NCBI GenBank assembly: GCA_965213705.1
Contig: OZ243913.1
Location: 3,136,001 to 3,200,000, forward strand
Length of the DNA: 64,000 nt
Source of the DNA: Trueperaceae bacterium
GTDB lineage: Bacteria > Deinococcota > Deinococci > Deinococcales > Trueperaceae
Direction: 5' to 3'
Made by a program: the position numbers and the translations under genes. Under the pieces are notes generated by a model that was given only the letters and a program-made list of their open reading frames with translations, made no database searches and was not told where the DNA came from. This document shows, one piece after another, positions 31,289-41,557 of this stretch (positions are counted from its first letter, which is position 1; every line of letters starts with the position of its first letter).

Positions 31289-32206
31289 CTAGCGCCCCCT
31301 GGCCTTCATCGCCAAGCGCTCTTTCTTGTCGGTGCGGTCGGGGTCCATCGTAAAGAGCATGTACAGCGCCAACAGCGCCAACAGCAAGCTCACGAGTTGC
31401 GTCAGGGTAAACAAGCCTACGCCGCCCTCGTTGTCTAAGTACACCTGCCAGGTCAGCGGGTTGTCGCGGAAGGGCTCTTCCAACACGCTGCGCAACACCG
31501 AATACCACAGCACCATCTGCCAGAACGCGTAGCCCGGCGTCCGGCTGCGGCGCAGCGCTATGACGGTAACCATGAGCAGCAACACGCCGATAATTACGCC
31601 GTAGCCCTGCGTCAGGTGAACGGTGCACGGCTGGCCGAGCGCGAAGGGCTCGGCACAGACAGGTGGATAGAAAGACCACAGGTTGTCCCCGAACACAAAG
31701 CGTCCGAACGCGCCCCAAGTCGGGGTGCCCGGCTCGGGCCAGTTGAAACCGATGGGCCAGTTCGTCAACCGCCCCGCCGTATCGGTGCCGTTCATGATGT
31801 TGCCCAAGCGCCCGCCGATGATGCCGAGTCCCGCCACCGGGGTCATCACGTCCAGATAGGCCCACATGTTGAGGTTGTGGACGCGTGAATACAACCAGGT
31901 CGCAAACACGATGCCGATAGCCCCGCCGTGAATGCTGATGCCGCCCTGCCAGATATAGAGGCTCGAGAGCGGGTCGCCACCGGGCCCGAAAAACGCGCTC
32001 GGACTCGTCAAGACGTAGACAAGCCGCGCCCCGACGATGCCCGCGACGACCAACCACACAGCCATGTCGAGAATTTTTTCGGGGTCGAGCCCGCGACGTT
32101 CGGCCAGCCGCGTCGCCCAAACCGAACCGATGAGCACGCCGAGCGCGATAAACAGGCCGTACCAGCGCAGCGCCAGCGGCCCCACTTGCAACATGATTGG
32201 GTCCAT
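31289..32206 (-). CDS. lgt: Prolipoprotein diacylglyceryl transferase
   Basis: RWYG, GARL.YV, IWQGGISIHGG, GRLGN, R...E.FR. Confidence 0.93.
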   Translation of the reverse strand: MDPIMLQVGPLALRWYGLFIALGVLIGSVWATRLAERRGLDPEKILDMAVWLVVAGIVGARLVYVLTSPSAFFGPGGDPLSSLYIWQGGISIHGGAIGIVFATWLYSRVHNLNMWAYLDVMTPVAGLGIIGGRLGNIMNGTDTAGRLTNWPIGFNWPEPGTPTWGAFGRFVFGDNLWSFYPPVCAEPFALGQPCTVHLTQGYGVIIGVLLLMVTVIALRRSRTPGYAFWQMVLWYSVLRSVLEEPFRDNPLTWQVYLDNEGGVGLFTLTQLVSLLLALLALYMLFTMDPDRTDKKERLAMKARGR

Positions 32207-32419
32207 ACATCCTCCAGAAGAACTCGGTCAGGTCGGGGGTCGGTCTCGGCCAAGTCACCAGGCCGAGACCGTGCGCCCCTCCACGAAGCACTTCAACACA
32301 AAGCACCCCAGTATAAAGCACCAAGAGTATATAGCGAACGCCCGAACAGGGAAGTTGCTTTTTCGACTCGAGCCTGCGCAACCCAGCCGGCGCGGTGGGG
32401 CTGTAAAACGCAGGTAATT

Positions 32420-32899
32420 TTAGACGAGTCGGGGGAACACCACGAACCCTATAGCGACGACGATGAACGTTTGCGTCACCATGCCCCCCAACGTGCCGAC
32501 GAACACCCCGAATCCGGCCCGCAACGCCTCTCGCGGGGCGCGGCCGGTCAGCAGTTCGGCACCCACCGCGCCTGCCAGTGCGCCTATCAAAAAACCGAAA
32601 GGAGGCAGCAAGAACAGCCCCAACAGCGCCCCGACAACGCTGCCCCACAGGCCCGCGCGGCTCGCCCCGAAGCGCCGCGCGCCTATCAGGCCCGCCACGT
32701 AGTCCACGAGTAGCGCCAAAACGGTCAGCCCTGCGACGACGAGGAGCGGCGTGAGTCCCAGGGACTCGAAGCCCGTCAGCCACGCTGCCAACAAGGCACC
32801 CACCGCAGCCAGCGGTACCCCCGGCAACACCGGCAAAAAGATACCCACAAGCGCGGCCAACGCAAAAACAGCGAAGAGGACAACAGCGAGCGCCGTCAC
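32420..32899 (-). CDS. DUF456 family membrane protein
   Basis: PVLPG.PL, DYVAG..GARRFGAS..G.WG. Confidence 0.8.
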   Translation of the reverse strand: MTALAVVLFAVFALAALVGIFLPVLPGVPLAAVGALLAAWLTGFESLGLTPLLVVAGLTVLALLVDYVAGLIGARRFGASRAGLWGSVVGALLGLFLLPPFGFLIGALAGAVGAELLTGRAPREALRAGFGVFVGTLGGMVTQTFIVVAIGFVVFPRLV

Positions 32900-32909
32900 T
32901 GCCGCGCCC

Positions 32910-34085
32910 TCACTTTCCGAGCGCCGCGACGCCCGGCAGTTCGCGACCCTCGAGATATTCCAGCGACGCCCCGCCCCCGGTCGAGATGTGGTCGACGCGC
33001 TCCGCCACGCCGACGGCGTTCACCGCCGCCACAGAATCGCCGCCGCCCACAACCGTAAAGCCGTCCAAAGCGGCCACTGCTTCGGCGACGGCGCGCGTGC
33101 CCCGGTCGAAGGGCGCAACTTCGAACACGCCCATCGGCCCGTTCCAAAGCACGGTCTTCGCGTTCTCGAGCGCGGCCTGATACGTCACCCGGGCTTTGGG
33201 GCCGATGTCCAGACCCATCATTTTGTCGGGAATACTGTCGGAGGGATAAACTTCGGTCTCGACACCCGCTTCGATTTTGTGGGCGCAAACGGAGTCCTCA
33301 GGCAAGTAAAGTCTGACGTTCCGGCGCTCGGCCCGCTCGAGCAGGTCCCGAGCCAGCTCCAGTTTGTCGTCTTCGACGAGCGACTTGCCTACCGCGCCGC
33401 CTTGCGCCTTGAAAAAGGTGTACGCCATCGCCCCGCCGATAAGAATTTCGTCGGCAAGGCCGAGCAAGTTCTCGATCACGCCGATTTTGTCCGAGACCTT
33501 CGCGCCGCCCAAGACGACCTTGAAGGGTTTTTCGGGCTTGTCGAGGAGTTTGGACAAGGTGCCGATTTCTTTCTCGAGCAACCGCCCCGCCGCGCTCGGC
33601 AGCAGCCGGGCGACGCCCTCGGTCGAGGCGTGCGCGCGGTGCGCCGCGCCGAAGGCGTCGTTGACGTACAGGTCGGCGTAGGCGGCGAGCTTGCGCGCCA
33701 TTTCGGGGTCGTTTTTGGTTTCGCGGGCGTCGAAACGGGTGTTCTCGAGCAGCGTCACACTGCCCGCGGGCGCGGCCTGGACAAACCGCTCCTGCTCGGC
33801 GGAAACCGGGCCGTCGGTTGCGAGGTAGCGCACCTCGCGGCCCAAAAGCGCGCCCAAACGCGTGGCGACCGGCCCCAAACGCTCGTTCTTGTCCACCCCT
33901 TTGGGCCTTCCTAAGTGACTCATCAATATCAGGGTCACGCCTTTGTCGAGCAAGGTTTCAAGCGTCGGCAGCGCGGCCCGGATGCGGGTGTCGTCGGTGA
34001 CCTCCCCCACCCTGACGGGCACGTTGAAGTCGACGCGGACGAGCACGCGCTTGTCGTTTACCTCGAGGTCGTCTAGTGTTTTCAC
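32910..34085 (-). CDS. pgk: Phosphoglycerate kinase
   Basis: VRVDFNVP, SHLGRP, LLENTRF, NDAFGAAHRAHAS, GGAKVSDKI, ISTGGGASLE. Confidence 0.97.
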   Translation of the reverse strand: MKTLDDLEVNDKRVLVRVDFNVPVRVGEVTDDTRIRAALPTLETLLDKGVTLILMSHLGRPKGVDKNERLGPVATRLGALLGREVRYLATDGPVSAEQERFVQAAPAGSVTLLENTRFDARETKNDPEMARKLAAYADLYVNDAFGAAHRAHASTEGVARLLPSAAGRLLEKEIGTLSKLLDKPEKPFKVVLGGAKVSDKIGVIENLLGLADEILIGGAMAYTFFKAQGGAVGKSLVEDDKLELARDLLERAERRNVRLYLPEDSVCAHKIEAGVETEVYPSDSIPDKMMGLDIGPKARVTYQAALENAKTVLWNGPMGVFEVAPFDRGTRAVAEAVAALDGFTVVGGGDSVAAVNAVGVAERVDHISTGGGASLEYLEGRELPGVAALGK

Positions 34086-34127
34086 AGGTTCCTTCCGATA
34101 ACGAGTCTATTAAACGATTAACGACAC

Positions 34128-34215
34128 CCACTCAACAGCGGCTAACCCCCCGGCCGGTACGCGTGCCAGAGGCCCCCTAAGGATAAGGCGTGCGGCCACG
34201 TCACCGCTACGGTGG
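34128..34215 (-). ncRNA. Candidate structured RNA in the pgk leader
   Basis: Nested inverted repeats CCAC/GTGG, AGCGG/CCGCT, GGCCG/CGGCC, ACGC/GCGT forming a bulged rod. Confidence 0.3.
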
Positions 34216-34360
34216 AGCTACGGTGGAGGACATTCCCGCCTCGAGCTTTGCACGTTTGGACAGGTCTCAACAAGGTTGCTGCGACGAACCCTGCGACATC
34301 TCCAAACCTTACCGCTTCATCTTAGAAACCCGCGCACCGTTCGGGTGTAAACTGTCTGGT

Positions 34361-35470
34361 ATGAACGGACTTAGTATGAACGGACAAAAGATTCGCGTGC
34401 TCGAGCTTGCCGGTTCGCCCTATGACATGGGTTACACCCACGGGCGGCGCTTCGCCGACGATATTCGCGCTTTTGCCGAGGAGCGCGTGCGCTTGAGCGG
34501 CGACGCGCGTTGGGTAGGGCAGAACTTGGCGGCGGACGAGGTGTTAGCCATCGCCGACGCTTGTCTGGACGAGCACGAGCGCTACGCCCCCCACTTGGTC
34601 GAAGAACTGCGCGGCATGGCCGACGCGACCGGCCTCACCCTGGCCGAACTCATCGTCGTGAACGGCTTTACCGACTTTATCGACACGGTTTACAATGCGG
34701 CGAACCTGCGCGTGCCGGTTCCCGCCCACGCGGGCGCGGACAACTGCACGGCGTTTTTGGTGCCGAACAACAAGGCCGAGGGGGGCCGGGGCTTTTACGG
34801 CCAAACCTGGGACATGCACGACACCGCCACCGAGCACGTCATCATGTTGCGCAGCCAGCCCAAGAACAAGCCCGAGTTTTTGGCCTTCACGACGGTGGGC
34901 TGCGTCGGCATGATTGGGATGAACAGCGCAGGCTTAGCCATCGGCATCAACAATTTATCGGCGACCGACGGGCAAATCGGCGTGACCTGGCCGTTCGTGG
35001 TGCGTAAAGCTTTGGAGCAGGATAACGCCGACGACGCTCTCACCTGCATCACCGACGCTAACCTCGCGGGCGCGCACAACTACATGCTGATGGACGCCTC
35101 GGGCAAGGGTTACAACGTCGAGGCGACGCCGAGCCGGAACGAGGTGACGCCGCTCGAGCAAAACCCCATCGTCCACACCAACCACTGTCTCGTCGACCAC
35201 ACCAAAGGTATGGAGCGTGAACGTGAAGCGGCCTCGCAGAAAAGTTCCGAAGCGCGGATGAAGCGGGGCTACGGGCTGCTCGAGCACCACGGCGTCACCG
35301 TGGAGGACCTGCAAGCTTTGACTCGAGACCCCGAGAGCATCTGCGTGACCTCGAAACCGCCGCGCCACGTCGAGACCTGCGGCGCGGCCATCATGCGCCC
35401 CGCGACGGGGGACTTTTGGGCGGTGTGGGGTTTGCCGAGCGACAACGAGTACGAGCACTTCGAGCTTTGA
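34361..35470 (+). CDS. Peptidase C45 / Ntn acyltransferase
   Basis: MG..HG, ADNCTAF (autocleavage Cys), GQTWD, G.N.AG, HTNH. Confidence 0.85.
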   Translation: MNGLSMNGQKIRVLELAGSPYDMGYTHGRRFADDIRAFAEERVRLSGDARWVGQNLAADEVLAIADACLDEHERYAPHLVEELRGMADATGLTLAELIVVNGFTDFIDTVYNAANLRVPVPAHAGADNCTAFLVPNNKAEGGRGFYGQTWDMHDTATEHVIMLRSQPKNKPEFLAFTTVGCVGMIGMNSAGLAIGINNLSATDGQIGVTWPFVVRKALEQDNADDALTCITDANLAGAHNYMLMDASGKGYNVEATPSRNEVTPLEQNPIVHTNHCLVDHTKGMEREREAASQKSSEARMKRGYGLLEHHGVTVEDLQALTRDPESICVTSKPPRHVETCGAAIMRPATGDFWAVWGLPSDNEYEHFEL

Positions 35471-36111
35471 TTCTGCCTGATTTTCACACGGTTTTGCTGT
35501 TCGCCGTCGCCGCGGCTGCACTCGTCTCGGCACCGGGGCCGGCGACGCTCTACATCGTCACGCGCAGTCTGGACGGCGGGCGACGGGCGGGCATGGCCTC
35601 GGTGCTCGGCATCAACACCGGCGCGCTGGTCCACATCGGCGCGGCGGCGCTCGGGCTCTCAGCGCTGCTCGCCTCGTCCGCGCTGGCCTTCAACGCGGTG
35701 AAGTACGCGGGCGCAGCGTACCTCGTGTATTTGGGCGTTCGGAAACTGCTCAGCAAAGAGCGGGTGAGTATAGAGGGTCAAGTTGAGCCTCAAACCCTCG
35801 CGCGCACGTTTTATCAAGGTATCGTCGTCAATGTCCTCAACCCCAAGGCCGCGCTGTTCTTTTTCGCCTTTCTGCCGCAATTTATAGACGTGAACGCGCC
35901 CGGTGCCGCGCTGCAAATCCTGTTTTTAGGCGCGGTTTTCATCGCTATCGCCTTTGTTGGTGACAGCACCTACGCGTTGCTGGCAGGTGGCGTGAGAGGG
36001 TTGTTGAAACGCAGTAAAACGTTTTCAAGAACGCAAAAGTACCTGACCGGCGGCATTTACATCCTGCTTGGGCTGGGTGCGGCGTTCGCAGGCTCGAGCA
36101 AGCTTAAATAG
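35467..36111 (+). CDS. LysE/RhtB family exporter
   Basis: PGP...YIV.RS, GAAYLVYLG, NVLNPKA.LFF.AFLPQF; TTG start overlaps upstream TGA. Confidence 0.9.
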   Translation: MILPDFHTVLLFAVAAAALVSAPGPATLYIVTRSLDGGRRAGMASVLGINTGALVHIGAAALGLSALLASSALAFNAVKYAGAAYLVYLGVRKLLSKERVSIEGQVEPQTLARTFYQGIVVNVLNPKAALFFFAFLPQFIDVNAPGAALQILFLGAVFIAIAFVGDSTYALLAGGVRGLLKRSKTFSRTQKYLTGGIYILLGLGAAFAGSSKLK

Positions 36112-36134
36112 CCGTGTGTCTGCTACATTGAAGT

Positions 36135-36713
36135 ATGGCTCTACCAACCCACACCATGACAGAGGGACAACCTTCCCGTCACCGCTTCACCGTGGACCAG
36201 TTTCACACCATGATTGAAGCGGGCGTGTTCACCGAGGACGACCGGCTCGAGCTTGTCGACGGAGAAATCGTTGAAATGTCCCCTATCGGCAGTCCTCACG
36301 CAACTTGTGTTCGGAAGCTGACCAACTTGCTCGTCAGGTTGAGCGAAAGCATCATCGTTGATGTTCAAAACCCGCTCAGCTTGTCTGAATCATCGGAAGT
36401 CTATCCCGATTTGCTTGTTCTAAAGTATCAAGACAACTTCTACGCCGACCACATTCCCAATGCTAAGGATGCCCACCTCGTCATCGAGGTTTCCGACTCT
36501 ACCTTGTTCTATGACCGCACCGTCAAGCTGCCCCACTACGCCGCGGCGGGAGTTGCCGAGGTGTGGATTGTGAACCTGAACGCCGAACGGGTTCTGGTTC
36601 ACCGCGACCCGCTGGACGGGGTTTATGGGCGGGTTGAAGAAGTCAAACGGGGCGGCAAGTTGAATGTTATGGCTTTGGGCAGCCTCGAGCTGGACCTTGC
36701 CGACATCTTGTAG
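36135..36713 (+). CDS. Uma2 family endonuclease
   Basis: RLELVDGEIVEMSP, PD..V, LVIEVSDST..YDR..K...YA.AGV.E.WIV. Confidence 0.9.
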   Translation: MALPTHTMTEGQPSRHRFTVDQFHTMIEAGVFTEDDRLELVDGEIVEMSPIGSPHATCVRKLTNLLVRLSESIIVDVQNPLSLSESSEVYPDLLVLKYQDNFYADHIPNAKDAHLVIEVSDSTLFYDRTVKLPHYAAAGVAEVWIVNLNAERVLVHRDPLDGVYGRVEEVKRGGKLNVMALGSLELDLADIL

Positions 36714-36728
36714 ATGATTGACCTCTAA

Positions 36729-37358
36729 ATGATAAACCTCGTCACGCTCGAGCCCCACCACGCCGGTTCCCTCGAGCAACTCCAAATCGCCTGCTTCCCC
36801 ACCCTCGCCGCCCACGAACTCATGCGCGAGGAGCACTTTTTGAGCCACGCCCGTCTTTTTCCCGAGGGCAGTTTTGTCGCGCTCGACAGGGAGCACGTCG
36901 TCGGCCTCGGCTCGGGTTTTTTTATCGACTTCGACTTTGAAAATACTCATCACACCTTCAAAGACGTCATCGCCGCCGGTTATTACACGAACCACGCGCC
37001 CGCGGGCGCGTGGTACTACGGCGCGGACATCAGCGTCCACCCGGACTACCGGGGGCGCGGCATCGGCAAGTTGCTTTACGAAGCGCGCAAGAGTTTGGTC
37101 AAGCGCAGCAACCGCCGCGGCATCGTCGCGGGCGGCGTGTTGCCGGGATATGCCGAGCACAAGGGCAAACTGACGGTACAGGAATACGTCGACAAAGTCG
37201 TCGCGGGCGAGCTGCTCGACCCCACGCTCAGCTTTCAGCTTAAAAACGGTTTTGAGGTTCGGGGCTTGCTCGAGAACTACCTCGAAGACGCGGCTTCCGA
37301 TAACTGGGCGACCTTAATCGTGTGGGAAAATCCTGATTACGACGCTCAAGCTGCTTGA
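36729..37358 (+). CDS. GNAT acetyltransferase
   Basis: DISVHPDYRGRGIG, DPTLSFQLKNGF, ENYLED. Confidence 0.85.
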   Translation: MINLVTLEPHHAGSLEQLQIACFPTLAAHELMREEHFLSHARLFPEGSFVALDREHVVGLGSGFFIDFDFENTHHTFKDVIAAGYYTNHAPAGAWYYGADISVHPDYRGRGIGKLLYEARKSLVKRSNRRGIVAGGVLPGYAEHKGKLTVQEYVDKVVAGELLDPTLSFQLKNGFEVRGLLENYLEDAASDNWATLIVWENPDYDAQAA

Positions 37359-37696
37359 ACCTCGAGATGCCTAACCAAACCCGAGTAAGCTTCGTTTATT
37401 TTTTTGACGAGTTCGGTCGCTGCCGCGCGCCTTTCCGGGTCTTGGAACTTGTCGGGGTGGTACTTTTTCATCAGTCGCTTGTAAGCCGCCCGCACCTCCG
37501 GTAAATCGGCACCGTAAGGTAGCTCGAGGACGATGTAGTGTTTGGCAAGGACGGGGTCTTTGCCGTCGTAGTTGTCCTTGACCTCTTGCCAAAAATCCTC
37601 TTGAAAAAAAGGATGTTTGACCGCGCCCTCGAAACGGCCGAGGCGGTGGTTGACCTCGCTGCGCAAGATGCGCCAGAGGCGGTTGGGAATACTCAC
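37346..37696 (-). CDS. DnaJ (J) domain protein
   Basis: Y.VLEL...A...EVRAAYK.L.KKYHPDK...INEAY. Confidence 0.85.
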   Translation of the reverse strand: MSIPNRLWRILRSEVNHRLGRFEGAVKHPFFQEDFWQEVKDNYDGKDPVLAKHYIVLELPYGADLPEVRAAYKRLMKKYHPDKFQDPERRAAATELVKKINEAYSGLVRHLEVQAA

Positions 37697-37859
37697 GCTT
37701 ACAGTTTACAAGATTGGCTTGGAAGCGGCTTCCGTGAAAAGTCGGAGAGGGCTTCCTCGTCTCGCTCATGTGAACGCTTTCCAGACAGAAGTTTATGTGA
37801 ACTCTCCTACCTCGCAAACTTTCTAAGCTGACCGGTCTGCCACTCTTCACACTTTCAGG

Positions 37860-38372
37860 CTAAATCAGCTCTTTTTCGGTTAAGTAGAATTTCAGCGCGG
37901 CCTGGTCGACCCAAGAAAACTGCTCTTGGTTGTCAGCAAGCATAGTTGCAACTTGCGTAACAGGTAGCCACATGATGTTTTCAGTTTCGTCGCCTACGTT
38001 CAAAAGCGTGCCCTCGGCGTGACACAAAAAGTAAACACCCATAGAGTCAACAGGACCCTCTAACGTTTGGTAGACCGCGTAGGGACGCAAACACTCGACC
38101 TTTTTGTCGCCGCTTGTGCTTTCAATTCTCGAGGTATGACCTTCAATGAAGGTAACATCTAAACCCGTTTCTTCTTTTACCTCGCGCTTCAGGGCATCAA
38201 GCAGGGATTCGTAAGGGTCGAGACGACCTCCCGGCAGTTCGGTGGTCTTAGCAGACTCATGAGATTTGTTGCGAGTTTGCAGGACAATTTCAACTCCCGT
38301 AGCGTTGTGACGCTCGATAATAGCCCTGGCGTTTACGTGAATAGTTTTACTCTTCGACTTCAAAAAAGGCAT
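37860..38372 (-). CDS. NUDIX hydrolase (lower GC than its neighbours)
   Basis: Nudix box ELPGGRLDPYESLLDALKREVKEETGL. Confidence 0.85.
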   Translation of the reverse strand: MPFLKSKSKTIHVNARAIIERHNATGVEIVLQTRNKSHESAKTTELPGGRLDPYESLLDALKREVKEETGLDVTFIEGHTSRIESTSGDKKVECLRPYAVYQTLEGPVDSMGVYFLCHAEGTLLNVGDETENIMWLPVTQVATMLADNQEQFSWVDQAALKFYLTEKELI

Positions 38373-38395
38373 GTCAAAGTATAAAGCCTCTACCT

Positions 38396-39316
38396 TCAAC
38401 TCTCCGAATTTCGTTGCTGCAACACCAGCGAAATACCCACCAGGACGGTCGAGGCCACAATCATCAGCGTCGAAATCGCGTTGATTTCGGGCGAGACGCG
38501 CTGTTTGAGCATCCCGTAAACGAAAATCGGCAGGGTGTCGTCGCCGACGCCCTTGGTGAAAAAAGTGACCACGTAGTCGTCCAGGGACAGCGTGAGCGCC
38601 AGCAGCGCGCCCGCTAAGATGCCGGGCAACAGCAGCGGAAATGTGATGCGCCAAAAGGTCTGAAACCGGTTGGCGCCTAGGTCGTTGGCCGCCTCTTCAA
38701 GATTCGTGCTCATCGTTGCCAGACGCGCCCGCACCACGATGACAACGTAAGAAATGTTGAAGGCCACGTGCGCGATGATGATGGTGGCGAAACCGCGGGT
38801 CACGCGCTCGCCCGTTACGCCCTGGTAAAAGTCGAACATGATGCCGAAGAAAATGGCGAGTGACACCCCTTGGGTGATTTCGGGGATGACGACGGGGAGG
38901 TACAGCAGCGCGTCGATAACGCGCCGCCCCGGAAAACGCCCGCGGTGGATGGCGAGCGCGAGCGTGGTGCCGATGACGGTGGCGAGGAGCGAGGCACTGA
39001 ACGAGACGATTAAGGAGTTGCCGAGAGCAGAAAGCAACTTTTCTGTCACGAAACTCGCCCCGCCCGAGCCCGCCGCGAAGATGTTCTCGTACCACCGCCA
39101 GGTAAAGCCGCGCCACACCGACACCGAGGCCGAGTCGTTGAACGAAAACACGACGAGTACAAGAATAGGTGCCCACAGGAAAAAGTAGTTGACAAACGGT
39201 GTTACCCATAGGCCGACCTTGCCAATCCGGCGCACGGTGAGGTCGCGGCTCAACTTGCCCTTGTCGACCTGAACGTCCGCCGGTTGAACCGCGACCCGGT
39301 CAGCCACCCCGCTCAC
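38396..39316 (-). CDS. Polyamine ABC transporter permease (PotC-like)
   Basis: FSFN, FT.RWY, LEEAANDLGA EAA loop, SLDD, TLP. Confidence 0.88.
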   Translation of the reverse strand: MSGVADRVAVQPADVQVDKGKLSRDLTVRRIGKVGLWVTPFVNYFFLWAPILVLVVFSFNDSASVSVWRGFTWRWYENIFAAGSGGASFVTEKLLSALGNSLIVSFSASLLATVIGTTLALAIHRGRFPGRRVIDALLYLPVVIPEITQGVSLAIFFGIMFDFYQGVTGERVTRGFATIIIAHVAFNISYVVIVVRARLATMSTNLEEAANDLGANRFQTFWRITFPLLLPGILAGALLALTLSLDDYVVTFFTKGVGDDTLPIFVYGMLKQRVSPEINAISTLMIVASTVLVGISLVLQQRNSES

Positions 39317-40166
39317 CCCGCTCCTGCCCGAAGCGGATGTAAACCGCCACGCCCACCAGCACGATGACGATTAAGACGATGGAAATAGCCGAGCCGAGCG
39401 GCGTGTTGGCCCGCCCGCCGAACTGCCGCGCAATCAAGTTGCCGATCATGAGTCCGCGCGTGCCGCCCAACAGGTCGGGCGTCACGAACGAGCCGATGGC
39501 GGGGATGAACACGAGCATCGAGCCCGCCACGACGCCCGGCAGGGTTAACGGGAACACGACGCGCCAAAAGGTGTGCCAGTCGTTCGCGCCGAGGTCGTTC
39601 GCCGCCTCGACGAAGCGAAAGTCCAGCCGTTCGACCGCCGCGTAGACGGGCAGAATCATAAACGGCAAAAAGCCGTAAACGAGGCCCAGGATGACAGCAA
39701 AGGGGGTAAAGAGCAGCTCGAGCCCCCCGCCCAAAAACGGCACCCTACTGAGCAACGTGTTGACGATTCCCTCAGGCCCGATAATGGACTTCAAGGCGTA
39801 AGTGCGCACCAAAAAGTTCGTCCAAAAAGGCAGCAGAATCAAAAAGAGCAGGATGAGCCGCGTGCGCGAACCTTTGCGGGTGCTGATGAAAAACGCCATC
39901 GGGTAACCTAAAACCAAACACCACAACGTCGTGTAGAGCGCAATCCTGAGCGAGCGCCACACCACCGTTCCGAACACGTCGAAGGTACGCTCATAATGTG
40001 CAAACGTCCACGGCAGTATCGGCGTGCCGCCGACGCCCTTAGTTAAAAAACTCGCCGCGAGCACGAACAGCAGTGGCAGCATGAAAAATACCGTCAGCCA
40101 AAAAATACCGGGGAAGCCGAGCCAGAAACCCTTTTGTTCGGGGCGCTGTTTTAGGCGGCGATTCAT
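39300..40166 (-). CDS. Polyamine ABC transporter permease (PotB-like)
   Basis: LPFWTNFLVRTYA, LPFMILPVY, EAANDLGA, FIPAIGSF.TP.LLGG. Confidence 0.88.
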   Translation of the reverse strand: MNRRLKQRPEQKGFWLGFPGIFWLTVFFMLPLLFVLAASFLTKGVGGTPILPWTFAHYERTFDVFGTVVWRSLRIALYTTLWCLVLGYPMAFFISTRKGSRTRLILLFLILLPFWTNFLVRTYALKSIIGPEGIVNTLLSRVPFLGGGLELLFTPFAVILGLVYGFLPFMILPVYAAVERLDFRFVEAANDLGANDWHTFWRVVFPLTLPGVVAGSMLVFIPAIGSFVTPDLLGGTRGLMIGNLIARQFGGRANTPLGSAISIVLIVIVLVGVAVYIRFGQERGERGG

Positions 40167-40287
40167 GGCCGCTTATCGTAACAGGTCGGCTGGGGAGAGG
40201 TAGAGAGTCGGTGCAGTGGCGAACAACCTCTGGCTTGCCCTACCCATGTTCCCTACCCACGACAGCCTGCGTTATGCTTGAGCGCGC

Positions 40288-41214
40288 ATGACCGACGCCC
40301 TCACCGAACTGCAAAGGCTCACCAACTTAGACGCTGGCCTGCTGACGAAACTGCTCGAGTCGGTCATCTCCATCGGGGCGCTGTGGCTGCTGCAGCGGCT
40401 GCTGATTTGGCTCGTGTTCCGGCGGCTGGAAAGCCCGCGGCTGCGCTACCGCTGGCGCAAAACCATCAACTATACCGCGGTCGCCCTGGGCGTCGTGGTG
40501 GTGGCGCGCGTGTGGCTGCTCGGCCTCACTTCGCTGGCGACGTTTTTGGGTTTGGTGTCGGCGGGTTTGGCGATTGCGCTGAGCGACATCGTCACGGGTT
40601 TGGCGGGCTGGGTGTTCATCTTGACGCGGCGGCCGTTCGAGGTCGGCGACCGCATCGAAATCGGCGAGTACCGGGGCGACGTCATCGACCAGCGCCCGTT
40701 CGCTTTTTCACTGATGGAAATCGGCAACTGGGTCCACGCCGACCAGTCGACCGGGCGCATCGTCCACATCCCCAACGGCCGGGTGTTGCGCGAACCGCTC
40801 GCCAACTACAGCCAGGGCTTCGACTACATCTGGCACGAGCTGCCGGTGATGGTCACGTTTGAAAGCGACTGGGAAAAGGCCAAGGCGATTTTGAACGAGG
40901 CCGTTACCGAACACGCCGAAAGTTTAAGCGATTCGGCGGCGCGGCGGGTGCGCATGGCGGCGCGGCGCTACTACATCGTTTTTTCCAAACTCACCCCCAT
41001 CGTTTACCTGAGCGTCGAGGACAGCGGCGTGCTGTTGACCATGAGGTTTTTGTGCCAACCGCGGCGGCGGCGCGGCACCTCGGAAGCGATTTGGGAACAC
41101 GTGCTGCGCGAGTTCGCCAAACACGACGACATCGACCTCGCCTACCCCACGCAGCGCATTTACAACAACCGGCTCGAGGGCAAACCCGGCGCGGGCGGCA
41201 GACCGCAGGCTTGA
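40288..41214 (+). CDS. MscS family mechanosensitive channel
   Basis: AGLAIAL.D, RPFEVGDRIEIG...GDVID, IPN, AYPT. Confidence 0.9.
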   Translation: MTDALTELQRLTNLDAGLLTKLLESVISIGALWLLQRLLIWLVFRRLESPRLRYRWRKTINYTAVALGVVVVARVWLLGLTSLATFLGLVSAGLAIALSDIVTGLAGWVFILTRRPFEVGDRIEIGEYRGDVIDQRPFAFSLMEIGNWVHADQSTGRIVHIPNGRVLREPLANYSQGFDYIWHELPVMVTFESDWEKAKAILNEAVTEHAESLSDSAARRVRMAARRYYIVFSKLTPIVYLSVEDSGVLLTMRFLCQPRRRRGTSEAIWEHVLREFAKHDDIDLAYPTQRIYNNRLEGKPGAGGRPQA

Positions 41215-41265
41215 ACCTCCAAAAGCAGGAAAATCTTGAAGTTACCAAGTTGCGCACAACAGGTC

Positions 41266-41382
41266 GTCCACTGCGAACGAATGTGAAGCAGGCCCGAAGT
41301 GCGGCAATCTCAACGTTTGAAACGCGCCGTCTCTGCGCTTGCGTGAGGTTGCTTCGTCCGCTTTCGCTCCCTCGCAACGACA
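41266..41382. repeat. Degenerate palindromic intergenic element (GTC..TGCGA...GCAATCTC / GAGGTTGC...TCGCAACGAC)
   Basis: Outer and inner inverted repeats resembling REP/RPE-type elements. Confidence 0.5.
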
Positions 41383-41557
41383 AATTTAGGTGCAAACCGA
41401 CTTCACGGTCGCCCTATCCCCAAAAGTGAGCCGCCCTGCTTGACGCTTCCGCGGGTGTTAAGCTAGGCTGGGAAGCGCTAAAAACAGTTCAGCCACGGAA
41501 ACGTCTCAGTCATGGCCCGGTACTTTCGGTACGGTCTCAGTTCGGAAGGGACTTTTG

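Noticed and set aside
31239..32783. 514-aa ORF and the many other long overlapping ORFs in the track
   Set aside because: Arg/Ala/Gly-rich shadow frames of real genes, expected in high-GC DNA.
34160..34190. SAM-I riboswitch (CTTATC on the minus strand)
   Set aside because: Downstream conserved SAM-I elements are absent, and the gene context is pgk.
34361..35470. Penicillin biosynthesis acyltransferase
   Set aside because: The C45 family is broad, and there are no beta-lactam biosynthesis genes nearby.
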